From Chromera velia (Eukaryota): 53,071 nt of DNA. Positions within the stretch are counted from its first letter, which is position 1, and every line of letters starts with the position of its first letter. The notes beneath the pieces were generated by a model. The model saw nothing but the letters and a program-made list of their open reading frames with translations. It made no database searches and had not been told where the DNA came from. The stretch covers positions 1 through 53,071 of the forward strand of contig JAHBMJ010000270.1 of NCBI GenBank assembly GCA_018398765.1. The letters run 5' to 3'. A program made the position numbers and the translations under genes. This document shows, in pieces, positions 22,396 to 39,700 of this stretch.

Positions 22396-22865
22396 CGGCA
22401 ACAAAGGCATCATGCCTGGAGCTCCTCCCTGATCAGCACGCATTTGCATCTGCATTTGCATCTGCTGTTGCTGCATCATTTGCTGCTGCTGCTGCTGCTG
22501 ATACTGCAGGTTCGCATGCAGATTCACTGGCTGCTGCATCACCTGTGTTTGCTGTGGTTGGTACGGCTGCTGCTGCTGCCCGTATGAGTGCTGTCTTCCG
22601 AGTTGCTGCTGCTGCTGTTGCATGTACGGATTCAGCACTACGGGATTTCCTCCTCGGTAGTTCCTGCATGGAGAGCGGATCGAAACACGCGCAGCCGCAA
22701 GTCAGGCTTCAGTGAATCAAGCCAACCATCCTCTCATGCGAATTGAAATGAAATCAGGCAGGCCACTTCCTCAAACTGGTCGGTGTGTCACTGTGTGGGG
22801 GGGAAAGCGGGGTCGATTCGAGGAAAGAGATGCTTCAACACACTTCAGGGGCTATTTCTCTACTA

Positions 22866-22918
<53 letters not shown>

Positions 22919-25448
22919 TGTCCATTGCATGCACTCACAATTCACTACATAGATACAGCGAGACGAACCGGATGCTTCGTTTCTTTTTGGTGTCTCTCAC
23001 GTAGTCAGTCACGAACACGGGCACACACGGACACACAGGGAGATGCACACTCACATACACATACACAGACACGTAGACACACACACGTACACACACACAC
23101 ACACACGCGCGCGCAAGGAGGTAGGAACCCCCACATTTATTAGTATAAATAGACGCCCATACGCCCACGCACCTTCATGCACACACGATTTTCTTTCAAG
23201 ACCGGAGTCTGCTGCTTTGTCCTCCAGTTAGATACGGAGTCTCTCCGCTCAGATGTCAAAAACAAAAAGAAAGAAAGAAAGAAAGAAAGCCTGAAAGAAA
23301 GAAAAGAAAGAAAGAAAGAAAGAAAGAAGGAAAAAAAGAAAGAAAGAACGAAAGAAGGAAAGAAAGAAAGAAAGAAAGAAAGAAAGAAAAGAAAGAAAGA
23401 AAGAAAGAAAAAGAAAGATAGAAAGAAAGAAAAAGAAAGATAGAAAGAAAGAAAGAAAGAAAGGAAGAAAGGAAGAAAGGAAGAAAGGAAGGAAGGAAAG
23501 AAAGAAAGAAAGAAAGAAAAGAAAGAAAAGAAAGAAAGAAAGAAAAGAAAGAAAGAAAGAAAAAAAGAAAGAAAGAAAGAAAAATAAAGCAGGAAAGCAA
23601 GCAAGAAAAAAGAGAGACGGTTGAGAGCTCACCTTCCGCCTCCTCCGTGCCCTTGTCCGTATCCATGAGCGACTGCAGCAGGGCCAGTTTGAGACCTTGA
23701 CACACCCCCTCCCCCTCCAGCACCCCGGGGCTGATACTCTCGCTGCTCCCACCGCGACGGGGGGGAACGCCCCTTCCCTCCCCCCCCGAGAGGGATCTCA
23801 AACTCCTCCTTCTCCTGCAGCCCCCGTCTCCTCTTCGAACCACCCTCTCCCTCTTCCCAACCGCATCTCAAATGTCTGCACGGGTTCCTCCCGCAAGTGA
23901 TGCACGTTACCGGAGGAGCAGGTCTGGATCGCCGCCGTGTATTGGCTTCTGTCATGTAATTAATGTCGGCTCTGCAAAGCAACCAGGAGACGACGGAACA
24001 GAAAAGAAAGGATGAATCGATCGATGGATACACTCATCCTCTCCGTGAGGGGAAAGAAAGTACACATCGAGTGGAACTCGATGAGCAGTTTGCAAAATGA
24101 AAACGTATGCGGAAGGGAGAAGAGAAAAGAGAAGGAAGCTCGACACAGCAAGTGACACAAATAAAACAAAATTTGTTCCGAAGAGGCAGTGCGCTTGGAA
24201 CCTGGACTGATTGTCTGAATGGGTTGAGCGACCAAAGACGTCAGAGAAGAAGAGAACGAGTAAGATGCATGGAGGCGCAGAGCGTCAGCTGGCCAAAAGA
24301 CAGAGAGTCAGGTAACACAAAAACGACCAAGGGACCCTCTGAGAACAATGAATATGAGCACAGACAAGAACACCGTCGGGGTCGCTGGCAGGAGACCCTT
24401 ATGGCTTGCTTTTGTAACTGTTCCTTCCGTGCATGCACTCTCTCTCTTTTTTTCTGCCGCACCTTCCAGACAAGAATCGCCTCCCTCCTTCCTTTTACCT
24501 TCCTTCCTTACTTTCGCTTTTCCTTCTTTCGTGACTTCACTCCTTCCTGATCTCCTTCCTTTTTTTTTTCATCCTTTCTTCTTTCCCTTCGGCCCTCCTT
24601 CTCTGTTTCCTCACTTTCGTTCTTTCCTTCCACTTCCTGTTGTTAATTTCTTTCAACGCTACTTCCTCATTTCCTGCCTCCGACTCGACCGACGAAGAAA
24701 ATTTTGAGGGGGGACAGGGAGGCGTGAAGATTCAGTCTTCCATACGGATGCGAGTTCCATTGTACGTGTGCGTGTACATAACACACATGTATCTGTATGC
24801 GTCATTGTACACGCGCTCAGAGTAGCTTCAGACTCCTGCTCCTCCCTCGCGTGAAGTAGATGAGGACAGATGAATTAAGCCGAAGACGGGCGGAACAGAA
24901 CAAACATGAGTGAGCGCACACACACGCAGATACGGACAGGCAGGCTCACAGACTGAAGGGGGGATCTGTATTAAATTTTGGTTCGTTCCTGTACAAATTG
25001 AGAGCGAGGACTAATTCATGTGTGCGAGGGCAAATACAGGTCCACAGACCGACCGACAGACAGACAAACAAACAGACTTGAAGATTTTGGAGAACTTGAG
25101 GTCCCGTGCCGCGATTTGAGAGGTCGACTTCTGGCAGTCCCCTATTTCGTGCCCTGCCTCTCCGCACTTGAAGCACAGCGTGGCTGCGAAGAGGAAGAGG
25201 AAGAGAAAGAATGCTTGCAACAGAGAGAGAGAAAGCAGCGTCATAGGAATGCAGGCAGGTGGAAGAGAACAAACACAGTCAGGCCGGCAGACGGAAGGAA
25301 GGCAGGGGGCGAGGAGAGGAGAGGGGCGAGCAATCGAAGAAAAATACGGTTTTTGGCTCGCCGTAAGCACACACATCTCTATATCTATCTTTCTCGCTGT
25401 GTTTTTAGGGGAGAAAAAAAAACGCAAGAGCGTATACAGAGTGCGTGC

Positions 25449-25492
<44 letters not shown>

Positions 25493-26705
25493 GTGTGCAT
25501 GCGTGTTTGGGAACGCGGGTGTCCGGGTGTCCGCAAGGGTGCCTGTGCTGACCTTCACAAACTAGATGAGTCATGGATCCACAGGAGATGCAGGCGTTGC
25601 GAATGGCAGGGAAGTCGAACATGACCTTCAGCTGCCGTTTCCCCCTCTCCACATGACTCTCGTGCACACTGCCGGCATCACCTGTATCAGCACTGTCGGA
25701 GGACCCGAGAAGTCCCTTGGATGTTAACTCGTTGACGCGAGCGGCGATCTGCATCGACCTGGCATCACCAACAAAACGGGAACCTCCACCCCGGAAACGG
25801 GAGGTGGCGGGACCGGGATCGCACCATTGGGGGGGTTTGAATGACTTGGGCCATGTTTCCTTGTTGGTGTGGTATAGATTCTTCAAAGCGCCTTGAAGTG
25901 CATCGTTCAACTTTCCATGACCTTTGTGTTTCATCAACTGTTCTGCAGTCTCTTGGTTGACGCTCTTGTCCAGTTGATTGATGATCAAATCATCCCCCCC
26001 CCGAATTTTTTTAACATCACCCCCGCGGTCCAAGATGATCTCGCCCTCTTCGCTGTCCTCCTCATCTTCATCTTCATCATCCCCCTCCTCAAACATATCC
26101 TCATCATCTCCATCACTTTCATCGTCTTCCTCATCCCCCTCATCTTCCTCACCCTCATCCCCATCTTCATCGTCGTCGGACGAGTCAGACACGTCACTCA
26201 TCTTCTGAAGACCCTTTGGTCCGTTCCCGCTCACGGGAGGGGACGCCTGTTCCCGCTTTATGTGGCCTCCTTTGTTTTGGGACGGAGGGGGTTTTCTGGT
26301 TGGAGGCACTACATGCACAATTTGAACCTCATCATCGTCATCCTCTTCCTCCTCCTCCTCGTCTCCTTCGTCGTCGTCTTCGTCCTCCTCCTCACTCAGC
26401 TTACTCATCCCCAGCTCCTCGTCCCCCTCTTCTCCCGCGGCTAGACCTGAGGCTGCCCCTCCACTTCCACCCACACCCCCTCCTTCTCCTTCCCCGCGAT
26501 CCCTTCCCGCAGCACTCCCCGTCTCACTTCGAGGTGGCTGTCCCCCCCCCTGCTCTCTCTGTGAGCTCCCCCCACCTCCGTTAGACGGAGCACTCACAAC
26601 CGGTCGAGAAGAAACGGGGCGACTGTCCGGAGGGGGAGACCTGTCTGATTCGCTCTCCTCGTCACTGGAAAGTTCGATCGGACCGGGAGGCTTCGAGCTT
26701 GCCAT
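22396..26705 (-). CDS. Multi-exon CCHC zinc-knuckle protein (Air1/ZCCHC7-like architecture), acidic N-terminus, Gln-rich region; 3' end unresolved
   Basis: Exon 26705-25553 (MASSKPP...CISCGSMTHLVCE) splices in frame (GTCAGC...GCAG) to 25183-25078 (ATLCFKCGEAGHEIGDCQK). A further exon ending at 23633 (CITCGRNPCRHLRCG...GGGG) splices in frame to 22663-22396 (RNYRGGNPVVLNPYMQQQ...PLLP, donor GTGAG). Intermediate and terminal exons could not be determined. Confidence 0.75.
23263..23590 (+). repeat. (AAAG)n purine tract within an intron
   Basis: Directly visible. Confidence 0.95.
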
Positions 26706-27080
26706 ATTGACTCTCTACGGCAGTCAACCTTCAATTGAGCAATGAGGATTTCCACCAGCGAATCTGAGAAACTGCAAGCAAGTCAACCGATCACCCAAAC
26801 TAGTGCACAAGAATCAACGTCTCCCACTCAAAAAAACCTCGCTTATGAGACAAGTAGCGTAGTCTGACTGACTCACGCGCGCTCTGGTCTCCACACGTCT
26901 CTCTACACACAGTGACTCAGACATACTCTGACGTACAAGTACGTTGATACTGTGTCGATTGAGGTTCAGGCGCCCAGCAGTTCGTGAAAGGGCATTTTTG
27001 CGTTCGGTTGTGACGATGCGGCCCCTATTGTGGCTATGCAGCTAGCTGATCATGTGCGCGCGGTCACATGCAGATTCACA

Positions 27081-27207
27081 NNNNNNNNNNNNNNNNNNNN
27101 NNNNNNNNNNNNNNNNNNNNNNNNNNNNNNNNNNNNNNNNNNNNNNNNNNNNNNNNNNNNNNNNNNNNNNNNNNNNNNNNNNNNNNNNNNNNNNNNNNNN
27201 NNNNNNN
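27081..27207. other. Assembly gap (127 N)
   Basis: Run of n. Confidence 1.
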
Positions 27208-27454
27208 GGGAGGGGGCCGGGGGCCGGGCCGCCGCGGGGGTCCGCAGCGACGACCTAATGCATGCATGCAGACCGGCGGTACTCGGAAGTTCTAGTATCA
27301 TCATAGTATCGTCTCAATCGTCTTGACTTCACTGCATGATACTATATGATACTGCATGAGCTAGCATGAGTACCTCTACGGTGGATCGAGACAGGCATTT
27401 GTATAGTCGACAATCATTAAGCACATATATAAACTACAATTGAAAATGTAGAAA

Positions 27455-27678
27455 AACCCCCCTAACACTCTAGTCTGTCTTAAAATGGATTTTTCAATAC
27501 TGGCCGCGCCTGCGACGCGGTTCCTTTAAGATACTTCAAGACTGTCTGCACCTTTCACAAGAAAATTTCTAAAAATTTCAAGTATACTTTATTTTGGCCG
27601 CGCCTGCGGTGCAGGTGTTTCAAGTCTGGCTGTGCCTACGACGCAGCGTTTCAAATTTACTAGAGTGTCAGGTGGGTT
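27455..27678. mobile_element. MITE of the CACCCCC..GACAC family, 8-bp TSD
   Basis: Ends AACCCCCCTAACACTCTAGT / ACTAGAGTGTCAGGTGGGTT, TSD TGTAGAAA on both sides, internal ggccgcgcctgcg.. repeats as in 6648-7663. Confidence 0.8.
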
Positions 27679-28121
27679 TGTAGAAAAAAAAAAAAAAAAC
27701 AGTTAGAGAGAGTGACCTGGAACTAGTTCAAAAGACTTGGGCCTGTATAAGCCCGTTAAAGCCTCTATCTAGGCCTCTATAGGCCTCCCAACGTGAACTG
27801 CTCTAGGTCAGCCCTTACCAGCTAGGAAGTACTAAGAAGAAGCTTGGAGAAGCACAGACTTTTTATTTCAATTCGAAAGTAGTGTGTATGATGAGTTTTT
27901 TTCAAACTAACGAATTTTTACTCAAGCTGACAGTCTTCTCAAAAATCGATCTGTATGCTGAATCAATTCAAACTGCTTGAGCCATCTCTTAGAAGATGTA
28001 AGCCTGTTAGTGGTCCCGCAAAGCTGCAAGAAAACGCAAAACATACGATTGAAATACTTAGAAATACTGCTTTGTAGGTCTTGTTCCTTTTTCACTCAGT
28101 AATTCCCTAACTCATCATCAC

Positions 28122-28246
28122 TAGGGGCCATGTAAAAATTCATTTGAGTGCCAATGGTATGCAAACCCCCCCCTTCCCCCCCAGACCTCGCTTCGGCACG
28201 CACTGGCAAATGTTTTTCTTTAAAAAAAATTTTTTTGACACTAACT
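28122..28246 (+). repeat. Dispersed ~120-bp repeat, copy 2
   Basis: Matches 16035-16151. Confidence 0.75.
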
Positions 28247-29375
28247 AGCTTGTAAGATAAGCTGTAGGCTAGATGGACAATCTAGTCAATAGTCTTCACT
28301 GCGCCGACTTTCTTTTTAAGGTCTCGGTTTGTTGTGACTGATAAGCAAGGATGTTTCAAAAGAAAGCTATCCGGCTAGCCACAGTCACTTGATCCAATGC
28401 AATCACGCACGCATGCTTTTGATCGAATTTTGTGGTCAAACGTGCGCGCGCGCAGATTATTCTCGCTGTGCATCATGCGAGAGGCCTTAAAAAGCAACAC
28501 TAGTATGCATGCAACATAATGCAACACCAACACGCACCCACATACACACCAAATCAAATGTAACGCCAACAGCTCTTCATTCTCTTCATGTTTGTCGGCA
28601 TGCGCCGTTTAGAGTCCCAAATCATGTTGAACAACCACTAAAACTTAAGTTAAAAACTTATCAAAAACTTGTTAGAACCCTAAATTTGAATTATTATATA
28701 AAAATTATGCGATCGATACATATCTGCAACAGGTTTGTTCAATGCAATTTAATGATCAAACGGCAAAGTGTGCAGGCATTCAATCATCTTTCCTGTGATA
28801 CATGAGAACGTATCACAGGACCTTATAGGTGCGTTTTACCCGACAATATCGGTGGTTTAGTATAAAAAATTCAAGAGACTTCCTAAGGCCTTAAAATGAT
28901 AAAACAAACTTAAAAAATTTATTTAGAAACATTTTTGAGCAAAAAAAAAAAATATTTTCCTTTTACACAGATTTGGTCATTTTCCTGACCCCCCCCCTTG
29001 CATTTTCACATAAAATCGTCAAAAAGAAAACATTTTTTTTGAAACATAAAAAATCATTCTAATCGGTTTAGTTTGGTATTAGAAAGCATTTAGAACACAT
29101 TTGGGAGCCCCTTGAATTTTTTGCACTATAGAGCCGCATCACTATGTAAAGTAGGGGGCGGAACGCACCTATAGCCTGCCGTGATGCGTTAAGGGAGGAC
29201 GTGTAGTCCTCGATCAGCTTATTATTTCCACCAAACATTCCCCCGAGGACATCCCGGTTGCCCAGTCCTCCTTCAATTCGGGGCGAACCCAGACAATCAA
29301 CTTGAAGCCGCCACCACCCCCCCCTCTTCCCATGCATAACAAATATAGTGCCGTATGTTTGCGATTCGTTTTTTC

Positions 29376-32471
<3,096 letters not shown>

Positions 32472-32732
32472 GGTGACCACTGGCTCCACTCAGACAATTA
32501 AGTGAAGACCTATATATACAATCGACCGAGCGACAAAAGAGACGGCTGGGATGTGTGTATAAACAAAGGGTCGGAACAGACTGAAGGCACACAGTTCGGA
32601 GTGCAGTTTTATATTTTGCTGGCTTTTTTGCCAGGACAACGTGAAACAGTGCATTGTCGGTTGAAGGAGGTAAAGGAGCAGATCGACTCAGTAGTACAAT
32701 CCGTATTTTGATCGATCCTCCGTGCAATTCCG

Positions 32733-32762
32733 TGCATGCATGCAGGCATGCATGCATATGCA
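32733..32762. promoter_or_regulatory. TGCATGCA motif cluster upstream of the secreted-protein gene
   Basis: TGCATGCATGCAGGCATGCATGCA ~260 bp upstream of ATG 32471. Confidence 0.5.
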
Positions 32763-33053
32763 AATTAATTTTTCAAATCTTTTTTTAAATTCAAATCTTT
32801 ATAATATATAATCGAATTAAGATATATATTAATAAAAAAACATGCAAGCTTATGCACGCGTTTTGTGCGCGATTTCCAAAAATGTATGCCTCGGATCGAT
32901 AGAAGGACGTCTGGCCCGGATTCTTATGGAAAGCCCGGGCCTGTTAACTTAAAACAGCCGGTACATGGGTATACACGTACGGGAGTACACAACACACTAC
33001 AATACACAAAGAACGTTTATTTAATAGGGTTGGGGCCCCGGATCAGATTATTA

Positions 33054-33524
33054 GGGAGCCGTAGGATCTTCAACGACCGTCGAAATAGCATGCGCTACCA
33101 AAGCAGCTATGCCTGGAGGAATCATTTTAGCGGCTTGTCGGGATGACACTCCATCAAGACGCAATCCTCTACTATGATTTACCAAGGTCTGGCTACTATA
33201 TATTGTCAATTGAGATGGCGAAGGAGGCTAAATGGCAGGCAAAGGTAGTTTGTAATGTGCTAGCTTGCGCGTACTTGCATGTACTTACATGTGATGCCGA
33301 GCGTTCAGCCGCGGAGTCTCGATGACGCCAAAAGCACTAAATATTGAAATAAGAAAAAAAAAAAAAAAAGAATCAAGAAAAAAAGACCGTTCACTCAATC
33401 GCAAAAAAGAACGGAAAGCCACCCACCTACCATGAAACGACCCATCCATGCACAGCTAGCTGCTTTGGATTGCTTCGGTAACGAATACTATATTTCGATG
33501 GTCGTTGAAGATCCTACGGCTCCC
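33054..33524. mobile_element. 471-bp MITE with 34-bp TIRs, flanked by TA
   Basis: GGGAGCCGTAGGATCTTCAACGACCGTCGAAATA / TATTTCGATGGTCGTTGAAGATCCTACGGCTCCC (1 mismatch). Confidence 0.85.
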
Positions 33525-34269
33525 TACTCTTAGGATGCTTACAGTATTAGCAGAAGAAGGAGCTATAGAAACTGTATGCAGAGGCTTCACATCATCATAA
33601 CTTCATGTTCAGAGGGTCTGTCATTCAGGCTAGAGGTACCTTTCTGATCCTTCATACAAAGAGTCGAATGCTTCTTACTGTATTCATCTGTGCATGCGTG
33701 TACATACATATAATTGCATCGATTTATGTCCGTCTGTTCATGTATACATCGATCAAAGCCTCGCTCGCTGTACGCGCCCGCACCTCCATCCACGCCCATT
33801 ACCTGCGGTGCGCCCTTCGTCTGCGCTTACTACCTGCATGACGCCCTATAATAGTGCAACCCCCATCATGACACGGTCATCTACATTTCAACTCTATCTT
33901 ATTTAAATGAAAAACAATTAAACAATGCATCTAAGCTATTAACTGATTATATTTAAATTAAATTGAATTTTCTCTTTTTTTTTGCTTATTTGTTGGAAAA
34001 TTTTTTTAATTGCTATCCTAGGTTTTGCACTCCATAAAAAACAGAAAAAAAAAGAGAGTTTCTGATTTTTTTTTTAATTCATCAACAAAAAAATGTATAG
34101 TTTTTATGCAACACCCTGTGCAATATTCCTGTAACACTTGAACAATTATTGTTTACTTGTTGACTATTACGATAAAAAAAAAAAAATTAATCATTAAAAA
34201 AAAAGTTTTTCCGATCTTTTATTTTTTTAAATGTAGTGCAGGGCCTAGTTGGTGTCACCGTGGTGTATT

Positions 34270-36463
34270 CTCTATAAAATTGGAGTATAAATGGGGTGAA
34301 TGGAGGCAAACTGGGGCCTATTTTGCCCTATTTCCACAAAACGGGATACATTCGGATACATTTTTTGACTTATAAAAACATGTTATCTAGTCATGCAAAA
34401 TAAGGTGTGTTCCTAGAAATTTTGGGCTTCTAGAATCTAATTAGAAAATTTAGAACATTATATGACAGCTTTTTTATAAATTATAAATATAATTAGAATT
34501 TGGGGTGAAATGGGGGCTCCAATTCCAGAGCAAAATTTTTTATGTAATTTCTGGGGTGAATTGGGGTGAAATGGGGAAACATATTTTTTTATATATATGA
34601 AAAAAATAGTGAATGACTTTCAAAGTATTTAAAATAGGTAGAACAATGTTAGACGGTTTTTATAAGCCTAATTTGAGCTTTATATGACATAATTAACCCT
34701 CTTAAAGCATGCTACCACATACTCTATCACTTAAAGCTGTTAGCGTCACGTGTGTATCACTTTTCACGGCCAAACGCATACACACATAAGCAAAAATAAT
34801 CTGCGTGCGTGCGCGTGCAACCGCAAAAATCAATTAGTGCATATGCGTGAAGTGTGCATGACCATTGTGATTAACCCAAGCCAGACGTTTTCTTTCAGCT
34901 AGTCTGTTAGATTGAAGCGTCTTTGCATGGAACAGTGACAAAGACAAAGACCGTAAAAGAAGGTATGGCGCAGTGAAGTACTTGTAGCCTAATCTCTTTC
35001 CAAAAACTATATTTTATTGGTCTATTTGGGAAAATGAGGTAAAATGGGGTAGAAATTAATGAGGTAAAATGGGGTATCGGAAATTGGGTTACCCCATTTT
35101 ACCCCATTTATTTTTTTTATATGAAAAATATCATGAATGGCTTTAAAAGCATTTGAAATGAGACAACGTTAGACGGTTTTTATGAGCCTAATTTCAGCTT
35201 CACAGGGACTACAAGACCTCAGCCGCAGCCAGTGAAGCGATCACAGAGGCAATCGTTCGAAGAGAGGACATAGACGCAGACGAGCATGTAAAGAGGGGGC
35301 AGAAGGCAAGGGCAGCCCACAAAAAAGCAGTAAAAGAAGCAGTAGAGAAGGAGTGGGAGAGGTTAGGCAGCCAGTCAGGGTAGGCAGCCAGTGAGGACCA
35401 GTGTGAGGAAGTCAGGCAGTCAAAAGAAAAGAGGCAGTCAAGATGGCTGACGGCCACCCCCCTAAAGGAATACGGAATGAATCTCAGCCCAGACGAATTC
35501 CGGAATGCGATGATAATCCGATATTAGCGGAGGGTAGGGAGGGAGAAGAGCAGATGTGAGGGATGTAGGGGAAGGTGGAGTCTGCAACATGCCCTTAACT
35601 GTCCAGTCGGGGGACTGCCGACGCTGCGATATGACGAAGTCAACCGTACATGGGCGAGTCTAGCAGTGGAAGCATACCCTGCGGGAGCGGTCCGCGCAAA
35701 CGAACCGATCATTAGGGAGGAAGGGGAAGTGTAGGGATGTCCGGCGCTAAGGGGGGACTTCTAAGTCCGGGGGGCCTATGCTCCACAGAGGCTGGCAATT
35801 TTCAATACTAGGGTGATAAACCCACACGCCGCCTCGAGGGAGAAGGTGACCTGGACTCAAGCCTTCAAAGCAGCAGCAGAAGAAAAGAAGAGGAAACATG
35901 GGCAGGCAAGCGTGGACAGAGGGTGCGACTTCACCCCACTCATGAGTGCGGTCGACAGGACGATGGAGGGGGAGGCAAAGATGTTCTTGAAGAGGGTGGT
36001 AGAGCGATTGAGTGAGAAATGGGGGCAACACGTAAGCAAGACGTGCGGCCGGATCCGAGCCCAACTGCAGATTGCCCACGTGAAAGCGGCAAGCGCGTAC
36101 ATTTGGGGGACCAGAGGAGTGCAAGGGGAGGGCTGGGAGAAAGGAGGAGTAGGCAGTGTGCTGGTTATGACTGAGGGGTAGGAAGTACTTAGCAAATGCC
36201 GAAGAAGGCATTCGAATGGAGGAGCATCAAGTGCATATATGAAGTCGCATGAGAGAGAGAGCTAGCAGCGAGAGCAGTAACCAGGATAGCAGGAAGAGAC
36301 AAAAGACGTATAAGCCAGATGCTAGGAATAAACTTCAAGTCAATGCCCACGAAATTTCAGCTTCATATAACATAATTAACCCCCCTAAAAATATTGGCCT
36401 CTTTTGGGAAATTGGGGTGAAATAGGGCCCTATTTCCCCCATTTATACCCCAATTTGATAGGG
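34270..36463. mobile_element. Non-autonomous TIR element with TGGGGT subterminal repeats, host of a non-LTR insertion
   Basis: CTCTATAAAATTGGAGTATAAATGGGG / CCCCATTTATACCCCAATTTGATAGGG; TT on both flanks; internal direct duplication (~34585-34705 vs ~35110-35202 plus 36366-36390). Confidence 0.65.
35203..36352 (+). mobile_element. 5'-truncated CRE-like non-LTR retrotransposon (CCHC finger plus restriction-like endonuclease)
   Basis: The reading frame gives WLTATPLKEYGMNLSPDEFRNAM..., CEGC...QHALNCPVGGLPTLRYDEV, LRGDF*VRG...[18 protein letters not shown]...FTPLM with TAG/TAA stops. 13-bp TSD AATTTCAGCTTCA at 35190-35202 and 36353-36365. Confidence 0.88.
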
Positions 36464-36742
36464 TTATCAACTTATCATTCCTTTTGCTTGCTTAATTGAA
36501 CGTCTTTTTTTTTGTTTTTCTTTTTTGAAATTTTAACATTAAAGCGTTATTTTGTTATATGTTTTTCAACATGTACCTTATTTAATGTTTTAATAAATTT
36601 TCAAAAAAGATTGAAAAGGTTGTATGTGTATAGTATAGTTGTTTAAAAAGTGATGATACAAAGTGATAGTACAAATATCTGTGTGACAATAAATTCACAA
36701 CGAATTCTGAAACATTCATGATTTGTGGAGATCCTTACACAA

Positions 36743-39700
36743 TTATCCCACAGGGATTTTCAATTTAAGGCGTTCTTGACTAAGTGATGGTGGAGGCTTA
36801 GCGCCTTCTCCAGATCCCCAATGACTTCCAATCTCCCCCTGTGCATCCACATCCTGCACATACATTTCCTCCAAATCCGCCTCTTCCTCTTCGGCATCCT
36901 CTCTCCACCTCAACCCCCAACTTCTCAAGACGCTCCTGACTGTCCTTCTCACTTTTCTCTGCTGAGGTGTCAGCTTCGGACGGTCCCCCCCACCCACTCC
37001 TGCCTGCAGAAGTTCTTCCTCCTCTTCATCTTCTGACGTCCAAAAGTACCCCTCCTCATCCTCTTCCACCTCTTCGGCATCTTTGCCGTCTGTCTCTTCT
37101 CCTGACAGGCCCTTCTTCTGTTGATGGGAGATACGACGTTTAACGACAACAAAGACTAAAATATTCAAAGCATCCACAAAATCCAACAGACTCATCATCA
37201 AACCAGAACCAGAGGAGGAATCAGGGAGAAGGGAGTCCGAACGAGGGGGAGCTCTTCTACCTGGAACACCATGTTTCGGTTCCAGACAGACATGAGGCAG
37301 GTCTCGTGCAGACGTGCCCGACCTCTCAGTCTCTGTTTCCACCGATCTCACCCCTCCCCCCCCCTTCTCTCTAGGACAGGTCCCTATCTGGCTAGGCCCC
37401 CTGCTCTGTGGGCCTAGGCGGCTGTTCCTTCGTCCCTTTCCGTCCACAGCCCTTGACCGTGTTCGAGCCATATGCCTGAACAGAGAGCTGATCTGATCGC
37501 CAGAGAGGAACCCTGGGGTGATCCCCGTCTCCTCTGCAAACGCAAAGAATCCAGACAGGGACACCAACCGCATCCACACACACCCTTGCAGGCCCCCCTT
37601 TCCCCTTCTCAACGCACCTGCCCTCTTTCTCCCCCCCCTCATACCCCCCTCCGCACACCCCTCAGGCCGCACCAGAGCCATCGACGCAAACGAATCGAAA
37701 ATGCCCTGCACAGGCCCTGGGTGGACCTTCTGGTAAATCACCTCCCGAATGTACCTGTCCGTTGCACTGTCGCCCCCTGATGTCACACTTGGGGGGCCGT
37801 CGGCACGGAATGTGACTGCCCCCCCAGAGGCAGTTTTCTGTTTGTCGGGACCGGAAAGAAAACCTGGGAGCTCAGGGAAGGGGGTCAGAGAATCCCCCAG
37901 AAGCGCTCGTGCTTTTTCCTCAGCACGCGCTGCGGCACGAGCAGCGGGGTCGTTGATCTTCCCTTCTCTCACAAGCTGCGCATGGAGAGGCAGCAGGTGA
38001 TCGCAGAGGAGCAGCTTCTGCGCTTTGGACTGATCTACCTCGGGGTATTTTGTGACTGCAACTAGGGCTAAAAAGTCACGAAAAGCTTCGAAATCCAAGC
38101 CGACACGACGGGGCTCCCCCCCTCTGCAGTGGTCTCGCCACTTTCCACACGGGGCGCCGTCCTTCTCCTTCTCAGGCCCTGTCCTTCTCTCCCTCTCTCT
38201 TTCTCTTTCGAAGTCATCGGTGCGTTTTGTGATCAGAGTGGGGTCCCTGCGGGTGAGTGTGGAATGGACAGAGCGGGAAAACCCCACAGGGCATCGGGCC
38301 TCGGGGGGGGGGCAGCTGGGGGGGAACATGGGGGGCTCAACGGACCTCTGACATCGCTTGCTTGTGGGACATCCATGCAACTCCTCAACGAGGGCCATCT
38401 CAGGGTCCCCCTCCCGTCTCCTGCGCTCTCTGCTTCTAAGCACGAGACTGAACAAGGAACGGCACTCTGCGTGCGTCAGTCCCCTCACCTTTGCCTGATG
38501 CAAAAGCGCAAGAACGTCAGAGAGAGAGGGACCACAGAGGGGACTGACGGCACTTCCGCCAAACCTCCTGTGAAGGTCCCTAAGACACCGTGACACTCTT
38601 TCCTGGGGGGGCAGAGACGCAAAGAAATGTGCAGACAGACGGACGGCAGACTCCCTTGGCCCCCCATTCCTTCCTCTACTTCCAGAACCATCAAAACCTT
38701 TTGAATCGAACAAAAGCGAAAGAGGACGAGACAACGTCACACTCCCCTTACCCTCACTTTCCCCTTTAGAGGACCTCTCAGCACCCCTGGTGCCATCTCC
38801 TAGAGACTCACCAACACCCCTGCCAACATCACCCGAAGACCCATCGGCAGACAGAGAAATACCTCCCGGAGAGCTGTGTGGAGACCCAGCATGGCCTGTT
38901 TCTCCGTTCACATGCGTGTGCATCTCCACTTTTGTTTTAGAGTCTAAATCCTCATAATCTCTAAATTGTTTCGGCGACTTCGACGAGAGACCCAAACGAC
39001 CCCTCTCACTCTTCTCTACTTCTGCTTCATCATCAGCAGAGGAATTCATTCTCCTACTCCCCTCTCTCATCTCTCCCCCCTCCTCCTCCCATCCTTGCCC
39101 CTTCCTACTCTGATAAGACTTCCCTCTCTTTGGGGCTCTCATCATCTCTTCTCTCTCTCTTCCTTCCCCTTCGACACTCCCATACTCCTCCCCCTCCTCC
39201 TCCTCTCCCTCCTCTCCCCCCCCAACTCTGTTCTCTCCCATGCTCCCCTCATCAGTCCCTGGCCACCCCTGAGGTCCTCCCTCTCCCGTCTCTTTCCATC
39301 CCCCCTCTCCCTGAGACGACTCCTGAGAGTCCACACCCGAGTCATCCTCATAGGACCACAAACTGCCAGTGCCCGAGCCCGCCTGCCACCCATCGCTCGA
39401 GGGGGACTGCCGGATGGGGCCTGCGTACATTTCTAATGAGGGGGGGCTGTCGGGGGAATGGGCATGCAGCGGGGAGGAATGGCCCGAAAGCCTGACGATG
39501 GCGTGGGGGTCACCCATAGTGCTTTTGTATCTTTGCTTGGCCTCTGCTTTTCTTTCTCGGCACTCTCGGAGACAAAAACTGAGACAGGAATCCTGGCTCG
39601 CCGTTTCTCCTTCTGGTTCACCCCCATAAGGTCGAGAGAGCATGTTTGCGTTCTCTGCCTCGTACTGAACATCCAGTGTGTCCAGAATGCTGCTCTGGGG

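Noticed and set aside
25011..25552. Read-through C-terminus of the 564-aa ORF
   Set aside because: 25552-25184 is an in-frame intron with GT/AG ends and a (CA)n tract, and the sequence below 25078 is also intronic.
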